NCBI GenBank assembly: GCA_964606485.1
Contig: CAZSGP010000002.1
Span: forward strand, 319,620-383,619
Length of the DNA: 64,000 bases
Origin: an uncultured Planctomycetia bacterium
Lineage (GTDB): Bacteria; Omnitrophota; Gorgyraeia; 2-02-FULL-51-18
Direction of reading: 5' to 3'
Shown: in pieces, positions 1-11,067 of the stretch
Position numbering within the stretch: the first letter of the stretch is position 1
How the letters are laid out: every line of letters begins with the position of its first letter
Program-made: the position numbers and the translations under genes
The notes under the pieces: model-generated
The model's database searches: none
What the model was told of the DNA's origin: nothing
What the model saw: only the letters and a program-made list of their open reading frames with translations

Positions 1-100
1 AAGCCTGTTTCGTAATCGAGGTAGGCAATGAGCGAGACGAGGCTCAAAGAAAATAAAATCAGGAACGCATTCGATCGTTTTCCAAAAAAAGCGGTCAGGC

Positions 101-1462
101 TCATAGAGTGATCCTCTTTAGAATCTTATCGAAGATAGAGCAGCAGTGCAAAATTTCTTTTTCGGTGATCACAAACGGAGGCGTTAAGGAAATTACGTTA
201 TGCTTCGGTCCAGACGAGAGAACCACAAGCCCCTCTTTTAAAGACTCCACTATAAATACGCCCGCTTTGTCACTAAGCTCCATTCCAATCATCAATCCCG
301 AGCCGCGAATGTCGGCAATCGCAGAGTATTTTTCTTTTAATTTCCACAACTCTTTGCGGAAGAAATCGCCCAAAAGCTTGGAGCGCTCGACAAACTTTTT
401 CTCCTGAATTTCACGAATGACGGCGAGTGCGACGGCGCAACCCAGCGGATTTCCGAGAAAGGTGCTCGTATGAATGGCGTCTCCGGTCGAAGCGCCCCAC
501 GAGTACATGATGCGCGCCGGCGCGATGCACGCCGAAATGGGAAACCCGCCGCCCATGCCCTTCCCAACACAGAGAATATCAGGAATAATACCCGACTTTT
601 CGACCGCAAAGAGCGACCCAGTGCGGCCAAACCCGGTAAACACCTCATCGGCAATCAGCAAAATTTTTTCTTCGTCACAAAATGCGCGGAGCGCCTTCAT
701 GAAATCAGGGGGTGCTGAAATAATTCCCCCGCGGCCCTGAATAGGTTCGATCAAAATCGAGCCCACGGGATGCTTCGAGCGTTTATTTTTCTTCACCAGT
801 GATTGAATAGCCTTCATGGACGTTTGTGTGGCTTTATTTTCGTACACACGCACATCGGGAAACGGCGCAAAATGAGAAAAACCGCCAAGCTGTTTCAAAA
901 ATGGTTTTTTAAAATCCTCGCGATGGGTCACATTTAGCGTCCCATAACCCAGTCCGTGGTACGCCCCCGTGAAAGCGATAACCCCCGTTTTTTTGGTGTG
1001 CATCACGGCGGTTTTAAGAGCGGTTTCAACCGTTTCAAAACCCGTTGAGGAGAAAATACTCATGCTTAAATTGCCAGGGGTGATTTCACTTAACACTTTG
1101 GCGAGCTCCACTTTGACTTCATTGGGATGAACGTCTCCCATCCCATGAATCATGTTTTTGGATTGAAGCCTAATCGCTTCGAGCACTGCCGGGTTTGAAT
1201 GCCCGATACCCGACACCCCAAAGGCACTCGTCAAATCCAAATAACGATTCCCGTCCACATCGGTCATGTTGGCGCCTTTGGCCGACTGGATAAAAATCGG
1301 AAAATTTTCGTTCACGAAGGTGATGTTCGGACATTCAAATCGCTTAAGCGACTCGGAAAGCTTCTGGGACTTGGGGCCCGGAACAATCTTCGTCCGAATT
1401 TTAGGAAGCTGATTCTTGGGGAGCTCTATCTTTTTTTTCTTCTTGGCGAAGAAAGGAAACAT
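101..1462 (-). CDS. Class III PLP-dependent aminotransferase (acetylornithine/GABA aminotransferase family)
   Basis: 453 aa ORF. Contains the class III aminotransferase motif LIADEVFTGFGRTGSLFA with a PLP-lysine context. Its start overlaps the trxB stop. Confidence 0.8.
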   Translation of the reverse strand: MFPFFAKKKKKIELPKNQLPKIRTKIVPGPKSQKLSESLKRFECPNITFVNENFPIFIQSAKGANMTDVDGNRYLDLTSAFGVSGIGHSNPAVLEAIRLQSKNMIHGMGDVHPNEVKVELAKVLSEITPGNLSMSIFSSTGFETVETALKTAVMHTKKTGVIAFTGAYHGLGYGTLNVTHREDFKKPFLKQLGGFSHFAPFPDVRVYENKATQTSMKAIQSLVKKNKRSKHPVGSILIEPIQGRGGIISAPPDFMKALRAFCDEEKILLIADEVFTGFGRTGSLFAVEKSGIIPDILCVGKGMGGGFPISACIAPARIMYSWGASTGDAIHTSTFLGNPLGCAVALAVIREIQEKKFVERSKLLGDFFRKELWKLKEKYSAIADIRGSGLMIGMELSDKAGVFIVESLKEGLVVLSSGPKHNVISLTPPFVITEKEILHCCSIFDKILKRITL

Positions 1463-2397
1463 TAATGCTCCAGTGATCGTTCCGCGTCAAGTGCCGCCAT
1501 ACAGCCGGAACCTGCCGCCGTGATGGCCTGGCGGTATTTGAAGTCCTGCACGTCTCCGCAGGCAAAAACGCCGGGCACATTCGTTAACGTTCCATCATGA
1601 ACTTTAATGTAGCCCTTGGGGTCCAAATCAATCTGACCCTTAAAGAGCTCGGAATTTGGTGTGTGACCAATGGCCATGAAAACGCCGTCGCACTTTTTCT
1701 CATAAGTTTGATTCGTTTTCAAATCTTTGAGCACCACGCCCGAGACTTTTTTCTGAGCGGGGTCTTTGATTTCCAAAATCTGTGTATTTAAAACAAATTC
1801 AATTTTAGGATTGGCCTTCGCGCGATCGTACATGATTTTGGACGCGCGGAACACGTCACGTCGATGAATGATCGTCACCTTTGACGCAAATTTGGTGAGG
1901 AAATTAGCTTCTTCCATGGCGGAATCTCCCCCGCCCGCCACAATGACTTCTTTATTTTTAAAGAAAAATCCGTCACACGTTGCGCACGCTGAAACGCCGT
2001 AGCCTTGCAACGCTTTTTCGGATGGAAGACCGAGCCAATTGGCGGATGCGCCGGTCGAAATGATCACGGTTTTTGAAAAATAATCTTTTCCGTCGGAAGT
2101 GACTTTAAAAGGCTTCTTTGAAAAATCCACCGACTGTACGTCCTGCACGAGACACTCAGTGCCAAAACGCTTGGCCTGCTCGCGAAAAAGCTCCATGAGT
2201 TCCGGCCCCATTTTCCCATGCGGAAAACCAGGAAAATTCTCAACTTCGGTCGTGAGCATGAGCTGGCCGCCGGGTTGGCCGCCCTTCACCTGGCCTTCAA
2301 ATAAAAGTGGTTTTAGATTGGCGCGTGCCGCGTAAATTGCCGCTGTGAATCCGGCGGGGCCTGAACCGATAATCAAAACATTACGAATATCTGACAT
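1462..2397 (-). CDS. trxB: Thioredoxin-disulfide reductase
   Basis: 311 aa. N-terminal FAD motif GSGPAGFTAAIYAARA, redox-active CATCDG motif and NADPH motif GGGDSAMEEA. Confidence 0.9.
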   Translation of the reverse strand: MSDIRNVLIIGSGPAGFTAAIYAARANLKPLLFEGQVKGGQPGGQLMLTTEVENFPGFPHGKMGPELMELFREQAKRFGTECLVQDVQSVDFSKKPFKVTSDGKDYFSKTVIISTGASANWLGLPSEKALQGYGVSACATCDGFFFKNKEVIVAGGGDSAMEEANFLTKFASKVTIIHRRDVFRASKIMYDRAKANPKIEFVLNTQILEIKDPAQKKVSGVVLKDLKTNQTYEKKCDGVFMAIGHTPNSELFKGQIDLDPKGYIKVHDGTLTNVPGVFACGDVQDFKYRQAITAAGSGCMAALDAERSLEH

Positions 2398-2405
2398 AAA
2401 ATTTT

Positions 2406-3437
2406 TTAACCTTCTTTTTTATCTAGCATTCCCTTAAAAACTCCGTTTAAATCCATCAGCGTGGTGTTGTTAGCGCCGGTGGGAATTCCCCAGATTTGCA
2501 ATTTATCCGGGATATTCTTGGCAAACTCCAAAGCCACCACGTTGTGTCCACCTCCAAGTGCTTCAGCGGATAATTTTTTGCCTTCAGCTTCCGCTTTATA
2601 AATCGCAAGCTTTCCCGACGCTTCCTGCTCAAGCTTGTACCGTTCACCGTCGGCTTCAATTTTAGCAGACTCCGCGCGGCCTTGCGCATCTTGAATAGCT
2701 TTTAGCTTCATACCTTTGGCTTCCGCCTCTTGGCGCTTGGCTTCTTCTTCCTGGGCGAGCGCACGGTTTTTATTAATCTCAACTTGTTGAGCCGCTAACT
2801 TCTTCGACTCGATTGCATTTTCAAATTGAGGGCTAAATTGAAAATGGCGGATTAGGGCATCCTGAATCTGAATCGCTGGATATTTGCTTAAAACAGCTAC
2901 GAGCTTCTCTTTGATTTGGAGCTGGATTTGATCACGGACTTTCCCCTGATAAATTTCTTCCGCAGAGTATCCGCCGATGGCAATTCTTGCTTCAGACCGC
3001 ACCTGAGGAAGCAGGATTTGGTCTTCATAATTGGAGCCTATGGATTGGTGCAGTGAAGGAACGCTTTTAGCCTCAAGCGCGTAGATAATCGTCATGTCCA
3101 CACTCACATTTTGCCCGTCGTTTGTTTTGAGCTCCATGTTGTATTCCTTTTCATTCTCGGAAGCCATGGATTGGGACGGAAAAGAGCGGGCGGAAACTTT
3201 ATAAACCACCATGTCGGTGGACCATTTGTTAAAAAAGTGGTATCCCACTCCCAGAGGGTCCTTGCGAACTTCCCCTTTAAATTTATTCACCTGAACGGCG
3301 ACTTCGGTGGGCTTCACATTAATCCATCCAAAGGACAACGCCACGACAACGATCACTGCTGCGACGAGCATAGAGCCGAATGCAGAACCAAAATGCCGTG
3401 TAAATCCTTCCGGAAACGGGCTATTGCCTTGGGCCAT
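2406..3437 (-). CDS. SPFH/band-7 (prohibitin/HflC-like) membrane protein
   Basis: 343 aa. N-terminal TM anchor, SPFH core, and a C-terminal coiled Ala/Glu-rich region (LAAQQVEINKNRALAQEEEAKRQEAEAKG). Confidence 0.8.
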   Translation of the reverse strand: MAQGNSPFPEGFTRHFGSAFGSMLVAAVIVVVALSFGWINVKPTEVAVQVNKFKGEVRKDPLGVGYHFFNKWSTDMVVYKVSARSFPSQSMASENEKEYNMELKTNDGQNVSVDMTIIYALEAKSVPSLHQSIGSNYEDQILLPQVRSEARIAIGGYSAEEIYQGKVRDQIQLQIKEKLVAVLSKYPAIQIQDALIRHFQFSPQFENAIESKKLAAQQVEINKNRALAQEEEAKRQEAEAKGMKLKAIQDAQGRAESAKIEADGERYKLEQEASGKLAIYKAEAEGKKLSAEALGGGHNVVALEFAKNIPDKLQIWGIPTGANNTTLMDLNGVFKGMLDKKEG

Positions 3438-3454
3438 GACTTTCTCCTTATAAA

Positions 3455-3486
3455 ATAAAAAAAGCCCGGCAGGTTTATGCCGGGCT
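3455..3486 (-). terminator. Rho-independent terminator hairpin downstream of the gltBD-ferredoxin transcription unit
   Basis: GC stem AAGCCCGGCA..GCCGGGCTT flanked by an A-run on one side and a T-run on the other. It lies just after the minus-strand ferredoxin stop. Confidence 0.7.
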
Positions 3487-3510
3487 TTTGGTTAAAAATT
3501 TAAATGTTTC

Positions 3511-3744
3511 TTAAGCTCCATCGCTTCCGATGGCTTCCACCGGGCAACCCTCTTTGGCTTCTTTGCAGAGCGCCTCTTCTTCAGGGGTGGTCGGTTGTTT
3601 CTTCACGAATGAATATCCACCGCTTTGATTGCGGTCAAAATTGCTAGGAGCCGTCTGACGGCATAGATCGCAGTCAATGCATTGCGTATCAACGTAAAAA
3701 GCTCCGCCCGTGTTGTCTGCGTATTTATTTGCCTTATCTGCCAT
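3511..3744 (-). CDS. Small ferredoxin (4Fe-4S type)
   Basis: 77 aa with cysteine clusters CIDCDLCRQTAP and CKEAKEGCPVEAI. It sits immediately downstream of gltD. Confidence 0.7.
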   Translation of the reverse strand: MADKANKYADNTGGAFYVDTQCIDCDLCRQTAPSNFDRNQSGGYSFVKKQPTTPEEEALCKEAKEGCPVEAIGSDGA

Positions 3745-3814
3745 TTCTTTTAAACTCCTCTAAAATTTTTATGTGAAAACTTGGTTGTTAGACTATCAAG
3801 AAAAAAGCTCTTTT

Positions 3815-5296
3815 TCAAGGAAGATCCGTGTAGCCCATCAAATATTGATCGAGCGCTTTGGCAGCTCCGCGGCCTTCGTTGATCGCCCACACCACAAGGC
3901 TTTGTCCGCGGCGCATATCACCGGCCGCAAACACTCCTTTAATGTTGGTTGCGTATTTGCCATACTCGGCTTTGGCGTTCGAGCGCTCATCCTGCTCCAC
4001 TCCCAGACCTTTTAAAACGGTGTCCTCGGGACCTAGAAAACCCATGGCCAAGAGAACGAGTTCGGCTGGAAGCGTTTTTTCAGTTCCTGGAACTTCTTTC
4101 GGAATAAAGCGGCCTTTGTCGTCTTTCCCCCACTGAATATTCACGATCTCAATGCCTTTAACCTGGCCCTTTTCATCGGCCACTAATTTTTTGGCGGTAA
4201 CCAAGTACTTGCGGGGATCCGCTCCAAAAAGTGCCGCCGCTTCTTCCTGACCGTAATCCATTTTATAAACCTTGGGCCACTGCGGCCACGGATTGTCGCC
4301 TGCGCGTTCCGTTGGAGGTTGCGGCAAAATCTCAAGCTGAACCACGCTCTTTGCGCCATGACGAATTGATGTACCAACACAGTCGGTTCCGGTGTCTCCG
4401 CCGCCGATCACGATGACGTTTTTACCTTTAGCAGAGATCAGAGCATCCGGAGATTTTCCGTCTAATAAATTCTTGGTATTCGCGTGTAAAAATTCCATCG
4501 CAAAATGAACGCCTTTGAAGTTTCGACCTTCGATTGGAAGATCTCGCGGCTTGGTGGCGCCACCGCAAAGCACAACGCCGTCAAACTCTTTGAGTAATTT
4601 TTCCGCTGGATAATTTTTTCCGACTTCGGTGTTCACCACAAATTGAACGCCTTCTTTTTTAAGGAGCTCGACGCGGCGTTCGACAATTTTTTTATCGAGC
4701 TTCATATTGGGAATGCCGTACATGAGAAGCCCGCCCACGCGATCCGCGCGCTCAAACACCGTCACGGTGTGGCCGGCTTTATTGAGCTGTGCGGCGGCCG
4801 AAAGTCCAGCGGGGCCCGAGCCCACAATAGCTACTTTTTTACCCGTGCGCTTTTCAGGAGCTTCGGCGGTGACCCAGCCCTCTGCAAATCCTTTATCGAT
4901 AATTGAAGCTTCGATGTTTTTAATCGTCACGGCGGGCTCGCTAATACCAAGCACACAAGAACCTTCGCAAGGAGCCGGGCAAACACGTCCGGTAAACTCA
5001 GGGAAATTATTCGTCTTATGAAGACGGTCGAGAGACTCGCGCCAGAGACCGCGGTAAACTAAGTCGTTCCATTCAGGAATTAAGTTATTCACGGGGCAAC
5101 CCGAGGCCATGCCCGCCAAAAGCGTTCCCGTGTGACAAAATGGCACACCGCAATCCATGCAACGCGCGCCCTGCTCTTGAAGCTTGGCTTCAGGCATGTG
5201 TTCGTGGAATTCATTCCAGTGCTTCACGCGCTCTTTGGGAGCGGCATCTACCGGAAGCTGTCTTTTAAATTCTTTAAAACCAGTTGGCTTGCCCAT
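3815..5296 (-). CDS. gltD: Glutamate synthase small (beta) subunit, NADPH-dependent
   Basis: 493 aa. N-terminal Fe-S cysteines ([10 protein letters not shown]), the dinucleotide motif [17 protein letters not shown] and a second GGGDTGTDC motif. There is a 1-nt TAATG overlap with the gltB stop. Confidence 0.9.
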   Translation of the reverse strand: MGKPTGFKEFKRQLPVDAAPKERVKHWNEFHEHMPEAKLQEQGARCMDCGVPFCHTGTLLAGMASGCPVNNLIPEWNDLVYRGLWRESLDRLHKTNNFPEFTGRVCPAPCEGSCVLGISEPAVTIKNIEASIIDKGFAEGWVTAEAPEKRTGKKVAIVGSGPAGLSAAAQLNKAGHTVTVFERADRVGGLLMYGIPNMKLDKKIVERRVELLKKEGVQFVVNTEVGKNYPAEKLLKEFDGVVLCGGATKPRDLPIEGRNFKGVHFAMEFLHANTKNLLDGKSPDALISAKGKNVIVIGGGDTGTDCVGTSIRHGAKSVVQLEILPQPPTERAGDNPWPQWPKVYKMDYGQEEAAALFGADPRKYLVTAKKLVADEKGQVKGIEIVNIQWGKDDKGRFIPKEVPGTEKTLPAELVLLAMGFLGPEDTVLKGLGVEQDERSNAKAEYGKYATNIKGVFAAGDMRRGQSLVVWAINEGRGAAKALDQYLMGYTDLP

Positions 5297-8200
5297 TAAT
5301 TTCCACCCACGCGGGATAAATCTTTTACGTTCGCCTCAAACGCGGCCATGATAGCTTCGTCACCTGTTAAACCCTGACTCTTCACGCGCTCGAGCATTTC
5401 TAAAACGCGCTTGTAATCTTTCGGGAGAATTTTTACAAATTTCGGTGCCATGTCGTCCCAAAGTTTTAAAATTTGTTCGGCGAGCTTGCTCTTCGTGTAG
5501 CGAGCGTGTTTTTCGATGAGCTCCTTGACCGCCTTGGCTTCGGCCGGATTGTCGAGCCGGAGCACTTCCACCATTTGCTTATTCACTTTTTTCTCAAAAT
5601 CATTCTTCACATCGAGCACATAGGCCACACCGCCCGACATTCCTGCCGCAAAATTACGGCCCGTGGGGCCAAGCACCACCACGCGTCCGCCTGTCATGTA
5701 TTCACAACCATGATCACCAATCGCTTCCACCACCGCATCGACGCCACTATTTCTGACGGCAAATCGCTCACCGGCCATGCCACGGAAAAAGGCTTCACCG
5801 CGGGTTGCGCCATAGAGCGCCACGTTACCGATAATCATATTTTCTTCAGGCTTAAAAGTCGCTTTCGCTGACGGATAAACCATGATGCGGCCACCCGAAA
5901 GACCTTTGCCGACATAGTCGTTGGCGTCACCCTCGAGCTCCAGCGTCATCCCTTTAGGGATAAACGCACCAAAGCTCTGACCCGCGGAACCGTTGAAATG
6001 AAAATGAATCGTATCATCCGGCAAACCCTCAGCTCCAAAACGCCGCGTGACTTCACTGCCCAAAATCGTTCCGACTACGCGGTTCGTGTTGCGAATATGA
6101 AGCGAGGCATGAACCTTTTCTTTTTTAGTGAGCGCTGGCTCGGCTAAATCCATCAACACTTGCTCATCGAGCGACTTATCAAGTCCGTGGTCTTGAGTTT
6201 CTTGGGCAAAGCGTCCGATAGATTTGTCTGCTTTGGGTTGATACAAAATATTGGAGAGATCAATTTTATTGGCCTTCCAGTGTTCAATGGCTTTTTTCAT
6301 TTCAAGTTTGTCAGAGCGGCCAACCATTTCATTCAAGGTTCGAAATCCAAGTTGAGCCATGAGCTCACGCACTTCTTGGGCAATCATGGTCATAAAATTC
6401 ACCGCGTGCTGCGGGTCGCCGGTAAATTTCTTGCGAAGTTCAGGATCTTGAGTCGCAACACCCACTGGGCAGGTGTTCAAGTGACAGACGCGCATCATGA
6501 TGCAGCCGAGTGTGACCAGTGGCGCGGTTGCAAATCCAAATTCTTCGGCGCCGAGCAATGCACCAATCACCACGTCGCGACCGGTCTTGAGTTGTCCGTC
6601 GGTTTCAACAACGATGCGGCTTCTGAGATTATTCAAAACCAAAGTTTGATGCGTTTCGGCAAGCCCGAGCTCCCAAGGCGCTCCCGCGTGTTTTAAGCTA
6701 GAAAGCGGAGAAGCGCCCGTTCCGCCATCGTGTCCGCTGATCAGCACCACGTCGGCATGCGCTTTCGCTACACCCGCGGCAATCGTCCCAACCCCGACTT
6801 CGGCGACAAGTTTGACACTAATGCGCGCGTACTTGTTGGCATTCTTTAAATCGTGAATGAGCTCAGCCAAATCTTCGATCGAATAAATATCATGATGCGG
6901 CGGCGGAGAAATGAGTCCAACACCCGGCGTCGACAAGCGGACTTTCGCAATCCACGGATACACTTTTGCGCCTGGCAACTGTCCGCCCTCGCCGGGCTTC
7001 GCGCCTTGCGCCATTTTGATTTGAATTTCGCGGGCGCTCACCAAATATTCGCTCGTCACGCCAAAGCGGCCGGAGGCCACTTGCTTGATCGCGCTCATCT
7101 TGGAATCACCATTGGGAAGCGGCTTAAACCGTTCGGGATCCTCGCCGCCCTCACCGGTGTTGCTTTTTCCACCAATCCGGTTCATGGCAATAGCCAGCGA
7201 CTCGTGCGCTTCTTTGCTGATCGAGCCATAAGACATCGCACCCGTCTTAAAGCGTTTTAAAATTTCAGTCACCGGTTCAACTTCTTCAATGGGAATCGCT
7301 TTTTCGGCAAACTTAAAATCCATCAGCCCGCGAATCGTGCAGTGATTCTTGGATTGCTCGTTTACCGCTTTAGAATATTCTTTGAACACCGTGTAGTTAT
7401 TCGTGCGAGTGGCAAGCTGAAGCTTGTGAACGGTTTCAGGATTGAATAAATGATACTCGCCGTCTTTTCTCCACTGGTATTGGCCGCCTGGGTCTAGCAC
7501 CGAGCCATTCACCTGCCGCAGCGGAAAAGCGTGGCGGTGGCGCCGTGTGACTTCCTCGGCGATTTCTTCGAGCCCCGCGCCTTCAATGCGAGTCGGCGTC
7601 CACGTAAAATATTTATCGATGAATTTTTGGTTTAATCCAATCGCTTCGAAAATCTGCGCACCGCGGTAACTTTGAATTGTGGAGATCCCCATCTTCGACA
7701 TGGTTTTCACAACGCCTTTGGCGACAGCCTTTGCGTAATTCTTCACGGCCGTTTTGTGATCCACGCCTTTTAGAATGCCTTGGCGAATCAGATCATCCAA
7801 CGTTTCAAATGCTAAGTAAGGATTGATCGCGCCGACGCCGTAACCAATAAGTAGCGCAAAGTGATGCACCTCGCGCGGCTCGCCCGACTCCAAAATAAGT
7901 CCCACTTTGGTGCGGGTTCCTTCGCGAATCAAATGATGATGAAGCCCTGACACGGCCAGTAGCGCCGGAATCGCCGCTTGGTTATGATCAATGCCGCGGT
8001 CGGAAATGACGATAAAATTAATTCCTTTTTCGATAGCAAGGCTCGCCTTCTTATACAATTCTTCGAGAGCGGCTTCAAGCGCTTGAGTGCCCTTATTCAC
8101 GTCGTACAAAATTGGAAGTGTAATCGATTTGAAATACGGATCTTTGATATGACGAAGCTTTTCAAATTCTTCATTCGTCAAAATCGGGCTTTTGAGTTTA

Positions 8201-9879
8201 ATTTGGCGGCAGCTTTCCGGAATGGGCTTGAGCAAATTCCCCTCAGGACCAATCGTCGTTTCAGTCGAGGTGACAATTTCCTCGCGAATGCAATCGATCG
8301 GAGGGTTTGTCACCTGCGCAAACAGCTGTTTGAAATAATTATAAAGGGGTTGTGACTTGTTCGACAAAACTGCGAGCGGCGTGTCGGTTCCCATGGAGCC
8401 CACAGGCTCAACGCCATCGCGGCCCATCGGCGTCATGAGAATGCGCAGATCTTCGAAGGTGTATCCAAAAGCTTGTTGGCGCAGCAGCACCGTGCGGTGG
8501 TCCGGCTCGTGCACATGCGGCGCGTCCGGAAGATTCTCGAGCGGAATTAAATTTTCATTCAGCCATTTGCGGTATGGAAATTGTTTAACGATTTGATTTT
8601 TAATCTCTTCGTCGGCAATGATTCTTCCTTCCTGAGTATCAATCAAGAACATGCGTCCGGGCTGAAGGCGTCCTTTTTGAACCACGTTCTCGGGAGCCAC
8701 GTCGAGCACGCCGACTTCGGAAGCCATGATGACCAAATCATCTTTTGTGACGTAATAACGCGAAGGGCGCAGTCCGTTGCGGTCGAGAGTCGCGCCAATC
8801 CGAACGCCGTCAGTGAACGCAATCGACGCCGGTCCGTCCCACGGCTCCATCATCGACGAATGGTATTCGTAAAAAGCTTTTTTTTCATCCGACATGCTTT
8901 CGTGATTGTTCCATGGCTCAGGAATCATCATCATCATGGCGTGCGGGAGCGAGCGGCCGCCGAGCACCATGAATTCGAGCGCATTGTCAAACATAGCTGA
9001 GTCGCTGCCGTCTTCGCAGATCACCGGAAGAATTTTTTTCAGATCGTCTTTAAAAATATCGGACTGGCAAACGGCTTGGCGCGCGTGCATCCAGTTGACG
9101 TTTCCGCGAAGTGTGTTGATTTCGCCGTTGTGTGCAACATAACGGTACGGATGGGCGCGCTCCCAGCTTGGGAAAGTGTTGGTGCTAAAGCGCGAATGCA
9201 CGAGAGCAAGTGCCGTCTCCACCGTGGGCTCCATGAGCTCAGGGAAAAATTCCTCTACCTGCTCGGACATGAGCATGCCTTTATAAACAATGGTTTTACT
9301 GGAAAGGCTTGAGACGTAGAAAAATTCCCCGCCTTTTATTTTACCGGAGAAACGAATCAGGTTTTCCGCACGGCGGCGAATCACGTAAAGTTTGCGTTCA
9401 AAATCCAAATCGTTCTGAATTTGCGCGCTGCGACCAATGTAGATCTGACGCACAAAAGGTTCTGAAAGTTTCGCGGTGGGTCCAAGCGTACCATTGTCGG
9501 TCAACACCGTGCGCCAACCGAGGAACTGCTGCCCCTCTTCATTAATAATATCTTCGAGCGCCTTTTCGCAAACTTTTCTTTGTCTGGCATCTGGGGGCAA
9601 GTAAACCATGCCGACGCCGTATTGTCCTTCGGAAGGAAGTTTGATGCCCACGCCTTCGCAGGCTTCATTTAAAAATTTATGGGGGATCTGCAGCAAAATA
9701 CCCGCACCGTCGCCCGTGTTGGTTTCGCAACCACAGGCGCCGCGATGGCGAAGATTGAGCAGAACCGTCAGCGCTTGGCGGACGATTTCATGAGATTTCT
9801 TGCCTTTGATGTGGGCAACAAATCCCACACCGCAAGAATCATGCTCGAAATTGGGGTCGTAGAGTCCTTGTTTTTTCAT
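5296..9879 (-). CDS. gltB: Glutamate synthase large (alpha) subunit
   Basis: 1527 aa. The N-terminal amidotransferase domain has the catalytic Cys ([10 protein letters not shown]). FMN and 3Fe-4S domains and the C-terminal GXGXG beta-helix ([11 protein letters not shown]) are present. Confidence 0.95.
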   Translation of the reverse strand: MKKQGLYDPNFEHDSCGVGFVAHIKGKKSHEIVRQALTVLLNLRHRGACGCETNTGDGAGILLQIPHKFLNEACEGVGIKLPSEGQYGVGMVYLPPDARQRKVCEKALEDIINEEGQQFLGWRTVLTDNGTLGPTAKLSEPFVRQIYIGRSAQIQNDLDFERKLYVIRRRAENLIRFSGKIKGGEFFYVSSLSSKTIVYKGMLMSEQVEEFFPELMEPTVETALALVHSRFSTNTFPSWERAHPYRYVAHNGEINTLRGNVNWMHARQAVCQSDIFKDDLKKILPVICEDGSDSAMFDNALEFMVLGGRSLPHAMMMMIPEPWNNHESMSDEKKAFYEYHSSMMEPWDGPASIAFTDGVRIGATLDRNGLRPSRYYVTKDDLVIMASEVGVLDVAPENVVQKGRLQPGRMFLIDTQEGRIIADEEIKNQIVKQFPYRKWLNENLIPLENLPDAPHVHEPDHRTVLLRQQAFGYTFEDLRILMTPMGRDGVEPVGSMGTDTPLAVLSNKSQPLYNYFKQLFAQVTNPPIDCIREEIVTSTETTIGPEGNLLKPIPESCRQIKLKSPILTNEEFEKLRHIKDPYFKSITLPILYDVNKGTQALEAALEELYKKASLAIEKGINFIVISDRGIDHNQAAIPALLAVSGLHHHLIREGTRTKVGLILESGEPREVHHFALLIGYGVGAINPYLAFETLDDLIRQGILKGVDHKTAVKNYAKAVAKGVVKTMSKMGISTIQSYRGAQIFEAIGLNQKFIDKYFTWTPTRIEGAGLEEIAEEVTRRHRHAFPLRQVNGSVLDPGGQYQWRKDGEYHLFNPETVHKLQLATRTNNYTVFKEYSKAVNEQSKNHCTIRGLMDFKFAEKAIPIEEVEPVTEILKRFKTGAMSYGSISKEAHESLAIAMNRIGGKSNTGEGGEDPERFKPLPNGDSKMSAIKQVASGRFGVTSEYLVSAREIQIKMAQGAKPGEGGQLPGAKVYPWIAKVRLSTPGVGLISPPPHHDIYSIEDLAELIHDLKNANKYARISVKLVAEVGVGTIAAGVAKAHADVVLISGHDGGTGASPLSSLKHAGAPWELGLAETHQTLVLNNLRSRIVVETDGQLKTGRDVVIGALLGAEEFGFATAPLVTLGCIMMRVCHLNTCPVGVATQDPELRKKFTGDPQHAVNFMTMIAQEVRELMAQLGFRTLNEMVGRSDKLEMKKAIEHWKANKIDLSNILYQPKADKSIGRFAQETQDHGLDKSLDEQVLMDLAEPALTKKEKVHASLHIRNTNRVVGTILGSEVTRRFGAEGLPDDTIHFHFNGSAGQSFGAFIPKGMTLELEGDANDYVGKGLSGGRIMVYPSAKATFKPEENMIIGNVALYGATRGEAFFRGMAGERFAVRNSGVDAVVEAIGDHGCEYMTGGRVVVLGPTGRNFAAGMSGGVAYVLDVKNDFEKKVNKQMVEVLRLDNPAEAKAVKELIEKHARYTKSKLAEQILKLWDDMAPKFVKILPKDYKRVLEMLERVKSQGLTGDEAIMAAFEANVKDLSRVGGN

Positions 9880-9936
9880 ACTTTTTTACACAAACGTAGT
9901 ATTTTGGATGACCGCGAACGGAGTGTCAACACTTTC

Positions 9937-11067
9937 TTACAAAAGTTCCGATGCTTTTTGAAAAACCTCTCGAGGGCTGAGCGTCTCAAGACAGCGGTGT
10001 TCATTGCCACAGACCACCTTCTTTCCATTATAGATCTGGTAGCAAGGGCTGCAATAAAGCATTTTGGAGATGTTTTTAACGTGGGGGCTTTCATAACCGT
10101 AGAGCTTTGGTGTTTCAGGCCCGAACAGGATGGCGGTTGGCACACCCAGCGCCGCTGAAAAATGAGGTGTACCACTATCCACGCTCACCACTAATCTCGC
10201 ATTCCCCAAAAAAGAAAGATACTCTCTAAAATCAAACTGACCGCAGACGTTTTCAGTGTGCTTACGCTCTTCCGGGGTAAGCTCATTTAAAATGCTCTCC
10301 ACTAAATTTCGATCCGGGCCAAGACCCGTCAAGACAATACTCGATTCTCCGCGTTTTAAAAATAGCCGGATGAGTTCTGCCCAATTTTTGTGAGGCCACA
10401 ACCGGTATCCGTCCAAGGCTCCCCCGCCGCTAGGATTAAAAACAATAACTTTGGAGGGATCGGACTTTTTTTGATTTTCTAAAACCGGATACCCCACACC
10501 TTTATCCACGGGAACGCCAAACGCTCTCAGTAAATTGCAAAAGTTTTCAGTGATCGGAGTCATCCAGTCATAATCGGCGCGGTGCGAATAAACGGATGAG
10601 CGACACTCAAGATACGTCGAATCGAAACCCGCGCTCCACCGCGCTTTCGAAAGCGAAACCACCCAAGCCGAAAATCTTGAATAAAACTCGGCGTCTAAAA
10701 ATAAATCAACTTTCTTCCGTCGTATGATTCTGATAGTCCGAAGCACCGATCTTAAAAAACCCAAAAGACCGCGCGACTCCACAAATAACACCTCATCAAC
10801 CCCGCCCATTATTTCTAAAAGCGGCTTACTGGATTCGAGCGTCAAAAAAATAATCCGCGCTTTCGGGAAATTTTTCCGAGTTTGTCGAAAAAGTTTTTGC
10901 ATCAAGAGAATGCTTCCGAGTCCGACAAATTTTGAAATTACGATGGTGCGAACCTGGGAAGCGTCGAAAGGCTCTGGCTTATTTTTCCCTTTAAAAAGTG
11001 AACGACTTTTCAGTAAGGCGCCAAAGAGAGAGCGTTCAAGCGTTAGAGCGAGTTGGTTTCGGGTCAT
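9937..11067 (-). CDS. Glycosyltransferase family 9 (LPS heptosyltransferase-like)
   Basis: 376 aa. GT9-type N-terminus (IVISKFVGLGSIL) and a C-terminal nucleotide-sugar binding half (VIVFNPSGGG...GYRLWP, VSVDSGTPHFSAALGVPTAILFG). Confidence 0.7.
   Translation of the reverse strand: MTRNQLALTLERSLFGALLKSRSLFKGKNKPEPFDASQVRTIVISKFVGLGSILLMQKLFRQTRKNFPKARIIFLTLESSKPLLEIMGGVDEVLFVESRGLLGFLRSVLRTIRIIRRKKVDLFLDAEFYSRFSAWVVSLSKARWSAGFDSTYLECRSSVYSHRADYDWMTPITENFCNLLRAFGVPVDKGVGYPVLENQKKSDPSKVIVFNPSGGGALDGYRLWPHKNWAELIRLFLKRGESSIVLTGLGPDRNLVESILNELTPEERKHTENVCGQFDFREYLSFLGNARLVVSVDSGTPHFSAALGVPTAILFGPETPKLYGYESPHVKNISKMLYCSPCYQIYNGKKVVCGNEHRCLETLSPREVFQKASELL

Noticed and set aside
5473-9545. Numerous plus-strand ORFs of 60-180 aa inside gltB
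   Set aside because: They are antisense to a high-confidence 1527-aa glutamate synthase gene. They have no recognisable motifs and a low-complexity R/H-rich composition. They are shadow ORFs.
9876-10175. 99-aa minus-strand ORF overlapping the gltB start and GT9 gene region
   Set aside because: It overlaps the better-supported heptosyltransferase-like ORF out of frame. It has no motif support.
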